From: Phoronis australis
Taxonomy: Eukaryota > Animalia > Phoronida
Direction: 5' to 3'
Assembly (NCBI GenBank): GCA_002633005.1
Contig: NMRA01001137.1
Coordinates: 1 to 50,543, forward strand
DNA length: 50,543 nt
Shown here in pieces: positions 48,368 to 50,543 of the stretch. The position numbers were made by a program, and so were the translations under genes. A model generated the notes under the pieces. It was not told the DNA's origin. It ran no database searches and was given only the letters and a program-made list of their open reading frames with translations. Within the stretch, counting starts at the first letter, position 1. Every line of letters starts with the position of its first letter.

Positions 48368-49951
48368 AGGGAATTTCGAATAGTGTTACCTAATGGACAA
48401 ATTTTTACAAGCAAACAGACAGTTCACGTAGCTTAGGGGTGTGAAAAATGCCTATGGGGGTTGGGGTCAATGGGAGGGCATTGCGATTGACATTTTGTGA
48501 GTAGGCCTAAGTGTTCAGGGCAGGAATCATTTAAGAAAATCGTAACTATTGGTCAATTGACCCGCAAGGATTCAAAATCTGAAAGCCAATTTGGAGGGCC
48601 TATGGCCCACATTGGTAATTTCCGTCCTTTGCCAATTAGAGTACATAACAGTGTTGACGATCAAAGATGTAGGAATGCCCAACTCAAGAAAAGGGAGGGG
48701 GGGCAAAGTCCTGAGTTTCAGTCTGCCAACTGTTTGTATAGCTTACATTGGGGAGGGCTAAGTTGATATGATACAAGATACTGATTATGTATGTTCTTTA
48801 TTTTCAGCTAAGACAACTTCACACACAAAGCAAACACACGAGAGTGCAATCGGCACTTCCCGACAGTCATATATGATTGGTCTTCCAGATTCAGGAGTAA
48901 CATCACGTTGTTACGATACAACTTGTGAATGAAAAACATGCTTTTAGAAATGAACGGTATGAAACAAAAGAGATATTTTCTTTTCAATAAATAGAATTAA
49001 ATGACGAGAAAATCCAATATAACACCGGCCTACCACTTGAAGTGCTGCAACAGTGAGGTTATTGAAAGCTTTTCTGTAAGGGGTGGAGCTCATGTATCAT
49101 CTGGATGACAAGCATAATTTGACTATAATAAGTGCACTCTGAGAAAATATGGACTCCAAACTTTTATAGATTAGGAACAATTTCACTACAGATAACCCTG
49201 CCTTAAGATGTATTGTCGTATTATCAACAGTAAAATGTTCGACAGGAAATTACACGTTTAGTAAAATCAAAAAATAACAAGTTCGGAACAAAAGCAATCA
49301 TAACAGTTTTGAAATAATTTTCTGAACTCCTTTAAAAATCTTCTACAAAGGTGTATTTCAAGAAAAGGCGTGATACAATATGTGAAACTTAATAACAAAA
49401 CGAACACGAATTGATCATAGAAACGACATACTGGGAATCTTAAGGCCATACATTAAAAGAAATTAATATGTCTGTTAAATATTAATGAAAAACAAACACA
49501 CAACTGAATTTCATGTTTTCCTTCAAAAACATAAACATGAAACAGATTACGACACGCAGCAGGAAAAAATCAACAGGCACATCGGCAAACGAACTTATAC
49601 CACGTGAGCCGGTACGGACGATTTACAAATTTTCAATATTACCAAAGGGTTACATGTACTTATACTAGACAAACGAAAGGCTATCCTCACTAAGTAGTAA
49701 CGTTAAATGTCGACGCTTGTAATCACTTCAGATGCTGGTTCTTCTAATCAACCGATTGTTAGTTCCCTTTCTCCATAAATATCCTTAAATGTGACACCAG
49801 CAAGGAAACAAATTCGAAAAAATAGCACAGAAAACTGATCGATAAATATGTGAATTAATAAATAATCGGAACGACAGGAAAACTGGTGAAACACTGCGGC
49901 AGCATTTACTCCTTAGCAACACATTTTTCCTTTACCACGGCCACGGGATTA

Positions 49952-50263
49952 TTAGCCATTGAGTTCGACTCCACGGGTTTCAAGAAAGACAGCAACAACG
50001 TCCAGAATATTCTCCGTGATCCTTTTCGCTTCCTGCGCGTGATGTTCTTTAAAATAGTCGCTGGGAATTCCTTGGCTGTACACATCCGGGTATCGGAGTC
50101 TCGTCGGATCTCCTAGTAGTCTTTGAAGATCTCCAGCCAATACCTGAACATGTTGGGCAGCAGGCAAATCCAGAGTGCACGCTATGGTGTTCAAGTCATG
50201 CGTCATAGACTTAAGGTTCGCATCAACAGCGAACTGAGCGGCCTTTAACGCCTTCTCTGCTGA
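49952..50263 (-). CDS. SACS: Sacsin-like gene C, terminal HEPN exon (rest of gene beyond window)
   Basis: tttcAG acceptor, phase 0. SAEKALKAAQFAVDANLKSMTHDL...TRLRYPDVYSQGIPSDYF...stop. Paralog of 21605-21967. Confidence 0.9.
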   Translation of the reverse strand, partial: SAEKALKAAQFAVDANLKSMTHDLNTIACTLDLPAAQHVQVLAGDLQRLLGDPTRLRYPDVYSQGIPSDYFKEHHAQEAKRITENILDVVAVFLETRGVELNG

Positions 50264-50543
50264 CTGAAATGACGCAAGTAATGTAAATATGTTTTGAATA
50301 AAAAAGGCAATTCTAAAGGCACATGCACGTACGCACACATGCGCGTGCGTTCTCCTTGAAGACGCAGTAAGTGTAGGTACTCCCATACCAGTGTCTTACG
50401 GGAAGTGTGATTCATAAGGGTGGCATATTCATAGTTATATTTCTACACAAAGCGCATTTTCTGCCTCTAAAACTTTCACTTTAGTGAAGGTCAAACTTTT
50501 ACACAAGGTTCCCTTTCCAACTATGCAAATATACAGAAGGTTT

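Overview
Eukaryotic, AT-rich, repeat-dense window, apparently from an invertebrate animal (taxon not determinable). It holds a head-to-tail tandem array of at least three spliced sacsin-like (SACS) genes, all on the minus strand. Gene A (6658 to beyond base 1) shows exons 1-5. Gene B (46034-21605) shows exons 3-7 with an open ~3176-aa frame: two HSP90-like sacsin ATPase repeats, a J-domain with HPD and a HEPN domain. Gene C shows only its terminal HEPN exon (50263-49952). Relative to gene A, gene B lacks an ~11.5-kb block carrying exons 1-2 and the presumed promoter. A and B are near-identical over their 5' ends and introns but diverge abruptly inside exon 5, suggesting recombinational module swapping. 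Non-coding DNA contains an internally deleted copia LTR element, two copies of a tRNA-derived SINE with TSDs, several MITEs (5-bp, 6-bp and TA TSDs), a THAP remnant, a complex repeat with periodic CTCF-like motifs, a 24-bp minisatellite spanning an assembly gap, and microsatellites. Exon boundaries were derived by hand from GT-AG sites and reading-frame phase. No database searches were run.
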